Positions 13,259 through 23,903 of a stretch of DNA of 64,000 nucleotides are shown in pieces; positions within the stretch are counted from its first letter, which is position 1; each line of letters opens with the position of its first letter. This stretch comes from Bispira polyomma. Taxonomy: Eukaryota. The stretch lies in assembly GCA_965649765.1 (NCBI GenBank), contig OZ287755.1, positions 33,356,001-33,420,000 of the forward strand, given 5' to 3'. The notes under the pieces are model-generated. The model was given only the letters and a program-made list of their open reading frames with translations. It searched no databases and had not been told where the DNA came from. The position numbers were made by a program, and so were the translations under genes.

Positions 13259-13519
13259 TAGAAATCTGGGTTTTGAAAATAAAAAGAAATGGTAAAAGTA
13301 ATAATAAATTGGCCTTTAATCGCAAATGTTGATTCTATATACACAATACTGGTTACTTTAAGGCTACCAGTAGTACAGTGGATCCTCTATTATCCAAAAT
13401 TTCAATTACCCGAATGTTCAGGATTTTTTCATTCGCTGCCCTCTCTCAGTCTTATGTCAATGCGATAGTGTTCTATTGTCAAGATATCCTGTTTCACTGT
13501 TATGTATAATTACTCTAGT

Positions 13520-13599
13520 TAAGACGTGCCAGATATTGCATTTATGATTTGTTTTGGGTGAAAAACCTCCCACACAAACACAATATTTGATACAGCTCA
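13520..13599 (-). ncRNA. pre-miRNA hairpin 5, miR-277-like; 3p UAAAUGCAAUAUCUGGCACGUC
   Basis: 3 differences in 22 nt from recalled Drosophila miR-277 (UAAAUGCACUAUCUGGUACGAC); complementary arm present. Confidence 0.82.
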
Positions 13600-13857
13600 T
13601 AGAAATGTAGTCTTTAAAAGTCAAAGAAAATTGTTAAAGTAACAATAAATTGGCCTTTTTTTTTGGCAAATGTTAATTCTATTTGCACAATATTGGTCAC
13701 TTTAAGGTTACTTGTATTACCATAGAACCTCCATTATCCAAAATTTCTATTTCCCAAATGTTCAGGATTTTTCTGTTCACTGCCCATTTTGATCTTTTAT
13801 AATGTCAGTTCTATTATTAAGATATCCTTTTAGACTGTGATGTATAATTACTCTGGT

Positions 13858-13941
13858 TGAGACGTGCCAGATATTGCATTTATGATTTAGTTTTGGGTGA
13901 AAAATCACACCTCACACAAACCCAACAGCTGACACAGCTCA
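13858..13941 (-). ncRNA. pre-miRNA hairpin 6, miR-277-like; 3p UAAAUGCAAUAUCUGGCACGUC
   Basis: Complementary arm UGUGUCAGCUGUUGGGUUUGUG. Confidence 0.82.
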
Positions 13942-14208
13942 CAGGAAACTACAGTCAAACCTCTTTCTAGTAGAACTCTGTTAACTAAATTTACCTTTAA
14001 TTGTGGAGAGAACCATCTAGTCCTAGTCCTCCAATGATTTTTGTAAATCCACTCTATCACATGGAAATCCTGCTCTAGTAGAGTTTTGACCTAATGAGGG
14101 AGTTTAAAAGGCAAAATAGACTTGTATTTTTCTATTTATTTTTTAAATTGACATTCTAATCACTTTAACATTAGTAGTAATAGTAGTAAACATATTTCGC
14201 TGCAATAT

Positions 14209-14292
14209 CTGTGCAAGAGGTGTGCCAAAAATTGCATTTATGACTTTGAGATTGTAACATAACAATTCAATCATTGACACACGGCAGCACAG
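14209..14292 (-). ncRNA. pre-miRNA hairpin 7, miR-277-like; 3p UAAAUGCAAUUUUUGGCACACC
   Basis: Complementary arm plus basal stem CUGUGC/GCACAG; CAGC (CNNC) at +17. Confidence 0.82.
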
Positions 14293-14776
14293 TTTTATAC
14301 AAAGTAAATTTAAACTGGAAATAACATGTATATAAAATTTTTAATTATCATCTTTTTCAGTAAAAAGGGGTAGTATGTTTTTCTTGTATTTTCAAGTTCC
14401 ATTAACATTCAGTCAAGTTTTTCGTTTGAGTTTTTATAATCTTTTGCAATGAATTAATAAAATTTCATTGAAATGCAAAGGAGCATGCCTATAGTAAACA
14501 GTGCTGCACACTAAAAAAGAATTTTCCCACAATATATACTGGTACTTATAAATATAAAACACTATTGTATTTTTTCCAAATACATGTTGTTCGTGCATTC
14601 ATGTATACAAAATAATACTTCCTTTTACAGCAATTTTAGAAAATGTTCATAATGAGGTTTTGCTTAAAGTCTCCTTGTTTTGTTTTTTTTAAACTTGTAA
14701 AATGAAAATGTAAAGTCTCGTTTTAATACGAAATGTGAACAAAGAGTGCAATTGACTTTCTGAAGACTGGTACAAA

Positions 14777-14851
14777 TGAAAGGTGTGCCAAAAATTGCAT
14801 TTATGAGTAAGAAAAGAACATAAGACTGCAAGTTTTTAGCACAAATCTCAC
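14777..14851 (-). ncRNA. pre-miRNA hairpin 8, miR-277-like; 3p UAAAUGCAAUUUUUGGCACACC
   Basis: Complementary arm UGUGCUAAAAACUUGCAGUCUUAUG; CUUC (CNNC) at +17. Confidence 0.82.
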
Positions 14852-15664
14852 TGTATTAAGTGTTATACTGGCGGGAAAAATTCATTAGTGTATTTATACA
14901 TGCACATGTGTAGTTCAATTAGACCAGACATCATACAGGTCCTTTCCATATTTTAACTTCTTTATAAGTTATCCATAATTCTATTTTTTTTTTTTTACCA
15001 TTCTACATGATGGTCACAGATCATTTCACTTTTAAATATTCTTCCATTCTTTTTCCCGTCCCCCCAATCCTTTCACTTTTAATAAATGATATACACCAGG
15101 TAACAAAGACATCAATTGTCTTGCAAGAGATTCTATTAATGGGGGTCTGTCCCCCTCCATTGAGCCAATAATCATCAGAATTCAATGGTATGTACTGCCT
15201 GTCATTAATTGAATTATTTTCATTCTCATAGATCTTGGGGGTATTGGGTCTATTGACAAATGACTGCCTGCTGTTTAAACATGTTTTGCATGCTTCATGA
15301 ATTGATTTCTCTCTTCTCATTCCTGCTCCCTTTGCCTGAGCATGTTCATCATAGATCTGACATCAGGTTTTGTGTGTGAACAAAAGCTAAGTACCCTCCA
15401 TAATCTTGTGTTCGTTCATAAACCTGTCCACACATAACTTTATTGACATTATTCTACATACAATCTACTGCTGCTTCATTTTCTATCCACTGTGTTATTA
15501 AAATGTTATTAATTTAACAGTTTTTCCATGAAAAGTTAAATGATGTTTGTACATTTTCCATTTCAGTAGTCTCTGCTACAGCTGTGTAGTTTAAATCTTA
15601 TTTTATTTACAATGAGGCGGCGATACTATTAAAAGCTCTCTCAGTGCATGATGAAGCTTTAACA

Positions 15665-15745
15665 CAGTGATAGGTGTGCCATTAGTTGCATTTATGGAAA
15701 TCAATAAATCACACAAATTGCAACTGTTGACACAATTCTTAACTG
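15665..15745 (-). ncRNA. pre-miRNA hairpin 9, miR-277-like; 3p UAAAUGCAACUAAUGGCACACC
   Basis: Complementary arm UGUGUCAACAGUUGCAAUUUGUG; CUUC (CNNC) at +17. Confidence 0.82.
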
Positions 15746-16286
15746 CTGTCTATTATTTTTTTTGAAGAAGAAGAAAAAGAAGAAAAAAAACCTGACCAAA
15801 TAAACACACAGATTGTACCATACATACATATCATATGATTTGCTCTGTAATACTCTTTATGTACAAAAAAGGCAAAATTTCATCAATTTCTCCGAACTAC
15901 ATTTTATACTTTGAGATCTTATTTTTTTTAGTGTAAATACTTCTGTTGTAACTGCTAAAAAGTGATATTGTAATTCAGTCATTTTTTACTGTCTGTTCTA
16001 CATTTATAAAATTCCTTTCTTGTAAAATACAAATAATTTGTAGTTTGTGTATAAATAAAATCTGTATATTTATTATCATATTAATCCATATGTTTAAAAC
16101 TTTTGATTTCCTTTTTATTTGTAATAAACATATGTGTGGTACCATGTGGTAGTAAACATGTATATGTGTATAATACACAAACTGTACACACTTACTATGT
16201 ATACAGTTTATAACATGTGACTTTGTACAATTACCTACAATTACACCAACAAACTTGTCTCTTTGGCTGTTGTGGAGTCACTTTTT

Positions 16287-16374
16287 GAAAGAGGTGTGCC
16301 ATGAATTGCATTTATGACAAGAATTACTTCAACAAATGCACCACATAAATTTCAATTGATGACACGTCTCTTCT
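16287..16374 (-). ncRNA. pre-miRNA hairpin 10, miR-277-like; 3p UAAAUGCAAUUCAUGGCACACC
   Basis: Complementary arm GAGACGUGUCAUCAAUUGAAAUUUAUG; CUCC (CNNC) at +16. Confidence 0.82.
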
Positions 16375-16727
16375 AAGTACACACACATATTCCTAGCTTG
16401 TAGGCGGAGGTTTTTATATACTAGCCATTATCATCTCTCTTTTGTCTCTCTTGTATAAGTGTGACCTGGGAAAAACAACAACTGCGTCTGATACTGTTGT
16501 AACTTCTCTTAATTTGTAGTGACACATTCAATCTCAATGAATTTTTTTTTGTATGTCAATTACATTTCACTATATAGATGTCCTACTAGTATTTGTAGTT
16601 TTGTACTAAGTATAACTACAAGCTCTGTAGTCAGTATTGATTAAACTCTGGTTTGGCTTCCATTCTCTCTCTCTTTCGCCTTTTTTTTTATTTAGAAAAA
16701 TATAGTCTTCTCATTGTTTTCTTTTTC

Positions 16728-16806
16728 GAGATGTGTGCCATAAGTTGCATTTATGATATGATAAAGTACAGACGACATAAACAAGTCAACTTTTGACACA
16801 CATTTC
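16728..16806 (-). ncRNA. pre-miRNA hairpin 11, miR-277-like; 3p UAAAUGCAACUUAUGGCACACA
   Basis: Complementary arm AUGUGUGUCAAAAGUUGACUUGUUUAUG. Confidence 0.8.
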
Positions 16807-16950
16807 TTTTTTAAACTTACTGTCAAGTTATTAAGATAAATTTGTCTTGAAAATCCGTCCTCTGTACTGAGATGTTATTCCAAGTCATAGAAGTGACATT
16901 CTGTATTTTGTGTCCATGTGGCACATTCATTTCTACATGAGATTCTTTAA

Positions 16951-16970
16951 ACTGATTTTGACACATACTT
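16951..16970 (-). pseudogene. Deleted hairpin copy (mature arm and loop lost)
   Basis: ACTGA is joined directly to TTTTGACACATA, whereas neighbouring ~200-bp units read ACTGA-aagatgtgcc...-TTTTGACACATA. Confidence 0.65.
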
Positions 16971-17118
16971 CTGTCTTGTTAGAGTTACTTTGGTGCCATA
17001 TTTCAAGTAATTTGTCTAGAATTCTTTATTGACTGGTCTCCTGACATGTTATACCAAATCCTATCTGTATATTGTGTCCACATAATTCATTCATGTTTTG
17101 ATGTTATTTTATTTCACT

Positions 17119-17191
17119 GAAAGATGTGCCATAAGTTGCATTTATGATTGAAAACTGGAACATAAACAAGTCAACTTTTGACACATATTTC
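17119..17191 (-). ncRNA. pre-miRNA hairpin 12, miR-277-like; 3p UAAAUGCAACUUAUGGCACAUC
   Basis: Complementary arm AUGUGUCAAAAGUUGACUUGUUUAUG. Confidence 0.8.
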
Positions 17192-17327
17192 TTTACTTAG
17201 GTTAAGTATCAAACATAAATTTATCGGAATATTCTTTATTAACTATCTCTCCAATATCTAATGCGATATCTTATCGCTGTATATTGCATCCCTGCAAAAC
17301 ATTCAGGCTTCTGTGTTATTTTTTACT

Positions 17328-17406
17328 GAAAGATGTGCCATAAGTTGCATTTATTATTAAATAAAATGGAACATAAACAAGTTAACCTTTGACACATATC
17401 TCTTTC
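17328..17406 (-). ncRNA. pre-miRNA hairpin 13, miR-277-like; 3p UAAAUGCAACUUAUGGCACAUC
   Basis: Complementary arm AUGUGUCAAAGGUUAACUUGUUUAU (weaker pairing). Confidence 0.75.
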
Positions 17407-17542
17407 TTGTTAGATTGACTTTGGCATTAAGTATTTAATTTATCTGAAAATTCTCTATAAAATAACTTCCTCTAACATGTTATTCCAAATACTATTTCAA
17501 TGTCCATGTAAGACATTCATGTTTCGGTGTTCTTTTCTTCAC

Positions 17543-17618
17543 TGAAACATGTGCCATAAGTTGCATTTATGATGAATAAACTGGAACATAAACAATTCAA
17601 CCTTTGACACATATTTCC
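17543..17618 (-). ncRNA. pre-miRNA hairpin 14, miR-277-like; 3p UAAAUGCAACUUAUGGCACAUG
   Basis: Complementary arm AUGUGUCAAAGGUUGAAUUGUUUAUG. Confidence 0.78.
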
Positions 17619-17714
17619 AACACAAACTGACTTCAACATTATAAAAAAAAACCCAGGCTCAACAATGAAGCTGTGAGCAAATGTATTCATTTTACAATAT
17701 ATCTTGCAAGTTTT

Positions 17715-17796
17715 TAATGATAGGTGTGCCATAAGTTGCATTTATGAATTTCAATGATCCACCACAAGTGACAACCCATGACACTGCTCTCATTAA
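17715..17796 (-). ncRNA. pre-miRNA hairpin 15 (first in transcription order), miR-277-like; 3p UAAAUGCAACUUAUGGCACACC
   Basis: Complementary arm GUGUCAUGGGUUGUCACUUGUG; basal stem UUAAUGA/UCAUUAA. Confidence 0.8.
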
Positions 17797-18504
17797 TTTA
17801 TTCACACTTTTTGACATCAAAAAAGAAAAAAAAAATTACAAATACATTCTAGTTCCTGCCTTGAAGGAATTATTTCTTAAACTTTTTTTAAAATTTAACA
17901 TAAATGTTTAAAAGTGTCAAAACATTTTGACTTTTAGTATAAATATAAGACCACTTACCTGTAAATATGTACATATTTGTATCACCTTTAGTTGAAGCCT
18001 TTCTCTCTCCTTTCTTCCAAAAAATTAATGCAAAATATTAATATATTTCTATGCTATAACATATACTGGTATATTCCTTGCTTTATAAAATGCTTTTGCT
18101 GAATCTATTTTTTTGTTTCTTCCTGGGTTATTTTGTTTGTCTGCCTCCTCCAAGATATATTTGTTAGATACATTAAAATTTTTACAACTGCTTTCCCCAC
18201 ACAAAAATAGATATAGCTTCTTCCCCATCACTTTACAACTGTGACCAAGTTGATGTGGTCACACCCCCTTTTTATTGAGAAAAACGCCTCCCAGTTATCT
18301 CCTGATTTGTGCAAGTGTGTCAAAATGATAGTGAACCCCTCTAGGCCTCTCTTTTTCTTACTACACACCCCATATACCACCACACTGATACACTACACCA
18401 CACACACACCCCCACTTTTACAAAAGTGCCCCCAAATATGTCACCACCAAAATATGTCACCACTCCAAAAATATGTTGCATGTGTAACACATGCATTGCC
18501 CAAA

Positions 18505-18550
18505 TTCCAAATGATATCCCACTCTAGGCTGGAGAGGCCTTTTTATACAC
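18505..18550 (-). promoter_or_regulatory. Candidate core promoter for the miRNA cluster primary transcript
   Basis: Minus strand TATAAAAAG (18547-18539) and Inr-like TCATTT (18514-18509); G-tracts upstream; strong donor CAG|GTAAGT at 17959/17958 downstream. Confidence 0.35.
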
Positions 18551-20867
18551 CTCATATGCATGCACACATACACCACCTCAGCTCCCCCCCCCCCCCCCCC
18601 CCCCGCAATGTCATATAGTCTTGTGTGGAGAAGAGCTTATGATATATAATGATATATAAATATATCTTGTGTGGATAAGAAACCCCCCCCCCCCCAAATA
18701 ACACACACCCATACAGTACTTAAGACCACCAACCAGTCAGTGCTGTTTTCCTTGAATTAACATTAATAACCAGTTAGTTCCCTCTCCCCTCCCCCACCCC
18801 CACTATCCCCCCACCCACCCCTCTTTATTATAATAAGTCCCTGGACCAAGTTTCAACACGACCCTCGTTGGGCTTGTTCCAACGCAGTTGCTTCGTTTGC
18901 AGCAAATCACTTGTGTTGTTATATTAAAGGATATTTGCCGGACCTGCCTAAAACTGTCCACCAAAACCTACTATTTGTGTGTTGTTATGTCTCTCTAATC
19001 TCCAATAATATTAACAAAAACAGCCAGTCTGAAGTTTGACAAGTACAGTTCTGCTGATTGTGCGTGTACTGTGTGTGGTGTAAGAAGATCTCATTAAGTA
19101 TTTATATACATAATGCAGGTTATTGTGTAATGTACACTAAGTGTTGAAATATAGAACTGGATTAATACAATAATCTTTTATATTAAGGAAAACAAAAGGG
19201 GTGGTTGAGGATTATTAGGTGACTTACAATATGGGCATTGTGTATTTGTTTTTAACAATTTGAAATACACACCAAAAAGAAAATGACCAACAGTGACAGT
19301 AAAGACTTGTAAAAATAACAGTCTATAAAATTTAATAATTAAGTGGATTATTTCACACAGCTTGTGTAATCTGATTATAGAATATAAAAATATACGCTGC
19401 CTTTTTTCTGTAGTACATTTGCCCTTTTATTCTGTTTGTTTTTGTGATCACTGTAGGTGTTTTAATTGATTGTGTTAATGATATATTGCCCTTGTAATAC
19501 TGTGACAGACTTGTGTCATCTCTGCATGGAGCTCACTAGTTCTGTGAAAGTATATGACACACTGGGATCACACACATAATAATCTGGCTGGTTGGGTGGT
19601 TTGTTTTTTTATGCTTTTGAGTAAAATGCAAAGAGAGAGGAAAGGTTAAAGGGTGATCGATGAAGCATCTAGGTTGTTGTAAAAATGCATTTTTAATCAA
19701 CCAATTAATAAATAGGTGCTTATCTATTAAATGCTGCTCTTGACATTTATGATACAGCTTCTTTTGTCAAGTTTTAGATTTTTTTTAAATCGACATAAAT
19801 ATTTTCTTTCTCTCATAATAAAACCTTTCATAAATCTTTAATACCCATACCAGGAAGAGTGAGGTAAATTCCTTATTGTAGTGACTAGTGTATTTACAGT
19901 TACTGTACATGTATTATGTGTTGTCCCTATAACTGGAATATATAGTGCCCATCCCAAATTAATATCTTACCAAATATATTTTCTTTTCTACAAAAATAAA
20001 AATAATAATAAATTTATAATTATATAATGTAATGCAAAACCTATTATTAATAATATTTTAGTACCACACAGCTGAAATAGGCTTATAAATCACATTGTGT
20101 GTTACATAACCTTGTGTAACTAGCCTTGTGTACAATTTTAGACATAGATAAAGGCTTATTGATCACTCCACAAAAGTGAAACTATAAGTAATCAACAGTC
20201 GCAGTAAAAATCTTAAGTTATGCAGAAAGAAAAACTGAAGTTTAGAAATGACAAGGATACGACCCCTCATTCTTGAAATATATAAAAAACTCACACCACC
20301 AATTAGACATTGCATTAAGAGTTTTATATTGTTATCATAATAGTTGAACCTGTCAAGTGAAACCTTAAGGGACCAGGGAAAATACCTGTACTGAAATACA
20401 GGATTTCCATTTAACAGAGTAGATTTGTAAAGAAAATGCTCTTGTGGGACTACAGATTTTTCTCCACTTAAAAGGGAAATTAACTCAACAGAGTTCTACT
20501 TAAAGGGGGTTCGACTGTGAACAATAGTTGCATTCCACACCTTTTTGACCTAAATGGACCAATAAAAAGATATTTTAGACTTTCATATATCTTTCGTAAT
20601 GATATTATTGCTTTATTTAAACTAGTTGTGTTAAGAGTTAAACTGTGACACCTATTGCAACTTTCTTGTGTATATGTACAAGTCAACCTTGGTGTGATCA
20701 AAATGAAGGTCTTAAGACGATATTAATGTGATAAATTAGCAGAAAGTTATGCAAAACACGCCCATCTTTTGATATGTGTGTTGACATTTTTAAGAGCAGG
20801 AGGGAACAGCAAACCCAAGCACCACAATAAAACTACTACTACCCTGGCTATATAGTGTGTAATAAGA

Positions 20868-20877
20868 TATATACATA

Positions 20878-20922
<45 letters not shown>
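20868..20922. repeat. (TA)n(TG)n microsatellite
   Basis: Directly visible. Confidence 0.95.
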
Positions 20923-20923
<1 letters not shown>

Positions 20924-23283
20924 GAGGTGTAAACTACGTCATCACACCACAGCCTCAGTTTGGACTTTGGTAAACATTTCATGCCTTGACAACTTTCAAG
21001 ACAGGGCTTGTCAAATATATTGAGGTTACACATTAACTAGCCTTGTGGAAGGCTTAATTAAGTGTTTGTTAGAGTAAGAGTCAACTGATAAGCAAACCAA
21101 TTTAAAATATATGTACATGTCATGGTGTACAAGTTAGGATTTCATCATAGAAGTGATAACTTGTACACAATGAGATCCTAGCATTAAGGTTGTCTTTGTA
21201 TATAGGTAAGTGGACCTGTCTTTCTTTTTGCAAATGCAGGTAAATGTATTTATTTTTTTAATGGAAATAACGTTGACATATTTTTCCATTTATTTTAATT
21301 CAGAAACTATGTAGACATGTTATAGTTTTTGGTAGTAGAACTGCAGTTGGTTTAGATTTTCCTTTCCCGGTTGTTGGTTTATAAAATTATATAACCAACA
21401 GCAGAATGTTTGTGAATATGGACCCTGGACATTTTCACCAGCTACTCCTGTCCATCCCTGATGAACTTTGATGGTGACACTTAATTAATGCAGTTAGTTT
21501 AGAGTTTGCTTACCCGGTTGTTGGTTTATAAAACGTACCAACAACAAGTTATTAACCGGTTATAATAATAAAACAGCAGAATGTCAGATAAAATTAAAAG
21601 AAAGTTCACACATCCTTGAGTTTATTTTAGAAATATAAAGTACAGAGCAAATGAGAGAAACTGTCTTGGACTTGTCAATTAATAAAGCCAAAGTATAAAA
21701 TTACATTTAAATCTCAAAAGTGTTGTGTTGTTCATTGATGGAAAATTTTCAAATTAATTTTGTAACCAACAATTGTTTTTGATGATTTTATAAGTGGTTG
21801 TTTGTGTTAATCAATAAACCAACCAACAGGTTGTTGAACAGGTTTGCCATTTACAACTTTGTACAAGTTTTTAGACAGGATCTTTCTTCTGTCAGAAGTA
21901 CACCACAGCTACCAAGAACAGGGTCCGTATTCACAAACAAATGAAATTTTTACAAAAATATCCTTAGAAGAAACAAGTCAAAAGACTCTACTAACTTAAG
22001 TTTTACTTAGAATCCAATTTGTGAAAGAAATGTTTTTTTCTCTAAATTCTGTACAGTATCTTTTGTGAATACCACTTGGATCTAAGTTGGTAAAAAAAAT
22101 CAAGAAAATACTTGAAATAGAGTGGAATTTCATTTGTTCGTGAATACAGCCCCAGATTTCTGTGAGTAGATTTATGTAATTCAGAGATGAATAAGTTTTA
22201 GGGACTTTAGAAGGCTAATGTTCTCTCTGTCATTTAAAGGTGGGGGGGGGGGGGATTTTGTGAATGAAAACTGTTTTGTGTGAGTGGACCTGTCCAAAAA
22301 CAGCCCTTGTTGAGTAGTGTGTGTTCACCCCAAAATATGCATTTAATGCTTTGTAGTTTTCTTGAAAAGGACCAAGGAATGTGGAATATGCCCCTCTTTT
22401 TACCTCTGAACTTTTGTAGCTATTTTCTCATGTGTGCATATGTATATCTATATATTGTGTGCGTTCATTGTTGCCTGGGTATATTGAAAACTTAAGATAA
22501 AAGGGTTACCGGTTTTCACCTATGGTTTTTACCTTTTCTTCCAAACATCTCAAGGCTCAACTCCAACTCAAACTCAACCCTACAAGTCTCCATATCTCTG
22601 GCCTGAGACAAGATAAATAAAATCTGACTTCATATTTGAATTCAGTGTTGAAAGCTCTTTTAGAATTAATGATTACAAGTACAGGTTATTTTCATATACA
22701 GAAGTCATACATGGCCTTCACTTGAGTTGAGTGTAAGTTTTGTGAGCTTATATTTCTTTAGAGAATATATACAGGGGCCCTGGAGCATTAAAAGCAGTGT
22801 CACCAAGAGATTTAAAACTATTATGAATTGCCCTCAAAAGTCATTATCAGCCTCTTCTTGTTTCCTTTATATATGTAGAGTTGAATATAATATCTTTCTC
22901 TTAAATTAAAGGACATTGGAAAAATTTACACTTTATAAAAATCTCTGTACTTTGAAGGTGTTGCAACTAACTGTCATATCTGTTTTAGTATTGACATAAT
23001 TTGTTTGTATATACAACTATCTATATAACTAATAGTATAGCATTAATTCTTTAAGATCAATGGATTTTTATAAAATTGGTTCTTTACTGTTACCAGTATT
23101 TCTTTATGCTAGAAATCCTTAAAGTTGAACTGATCAAGTATGTTTTCTAAAGAATATATTTTGAAATAATTAGTTGGTATTGCATATTTGCTTATAATTC
23201 GAGCGCTTGGTTTCAAGAAATTAAAACATAATTTAAGAAATTATTTGATCGCCATATATCTCCTTGGAAGTGTACTTGGAAGT

Positions 23284-23509
23284 CCATGAACATTCATAAA
23301 TTAAAGATCCATAATGATTTCACGATTGATTTACAATAAACATTTATTTTATTCCCATTCACACCCTTTAAACTAAATTTAAATTATTTTTTATTCCATG
23401 AACATTCATAAATTAAAGATCCATAATGATTTCACGATTGATTTACAATAAACATTTATTCTATTCCCATTCACACCCTTTAAACTAAATTTAAATTATT
23501 TTTTATTCC
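23284..23509. repeat. Near-perfect ~112-bp direct tandem duplication
   Basis: CCATGAACATTCATAAATTAAAG...TTATTTTTTATTCC repeated twice with about one mismatch. Confidence 0.9.
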
Positions 23510-23845
23510 GTTTAATCACCTTTTAAAACTATTTAAAGTAAAATACACTGTGTTCTGTTTTAAATATGCCCAGTATTAGTGTACGTCTCAATAAGTACTA
23601 CCTACCAAACTGTCACATGTGTAAATTTAGAGATGAGAATGGCTCAGTATTGATTTAGAGAAAGGATTTGTTGACCAGTATTACATCTGACAAAACTCAA
23701 CGGTAGAAATACATCATGACATCCCTAACAGGTACAACATGGTATAGTTGTTTTAACTTTTATACAAGGATAGCTTTGGTACCGTATGTATGTATCAAGT
23801 TACCTTTACAAATAGTAACAGGTGTGCCCCTCTGTGTATTTCCAG

Positions 23846-23903
23846 GTGTTTAGATCTACTAGAAGTCCTGGTTCAGAATGAGACATCAACTGTCTTTCTC
23901 TTG
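23846..23903 (+). CDS. MYBBP1A: MYBBP1A exon (R-CLDLLEVLVQNETSTVFLL)
   Basis: ttccag|G acceptor completes the AGG codon; TTG|gtaagt donor. Confidence 0.88.

Noticed and set aside
15021-15320. 99-aa minus-strand ORF inside the miRNA cluster
   Set aside because: No recognisable domain and no splice support
10188-17796. CRISPR-like array or intronic C/D-box snoRNA reading of the repeated GTGCCA...TGCATTTA motif
   Set aside because: Eukaryotic context, spacing of 170-1800 bp and no cas genes. There are no consistent RUGAUGA/CUGA boxes, and the structure favours the strand opposite the host gene, whereas intronic snoRNAs are sense.
18241-18618. 125-aa His/Pro-rich ORF
   Set aside because: Non-ATG start; the composition reflects CA-rich and poly-C low-complexity DNA in the candidate promoter region
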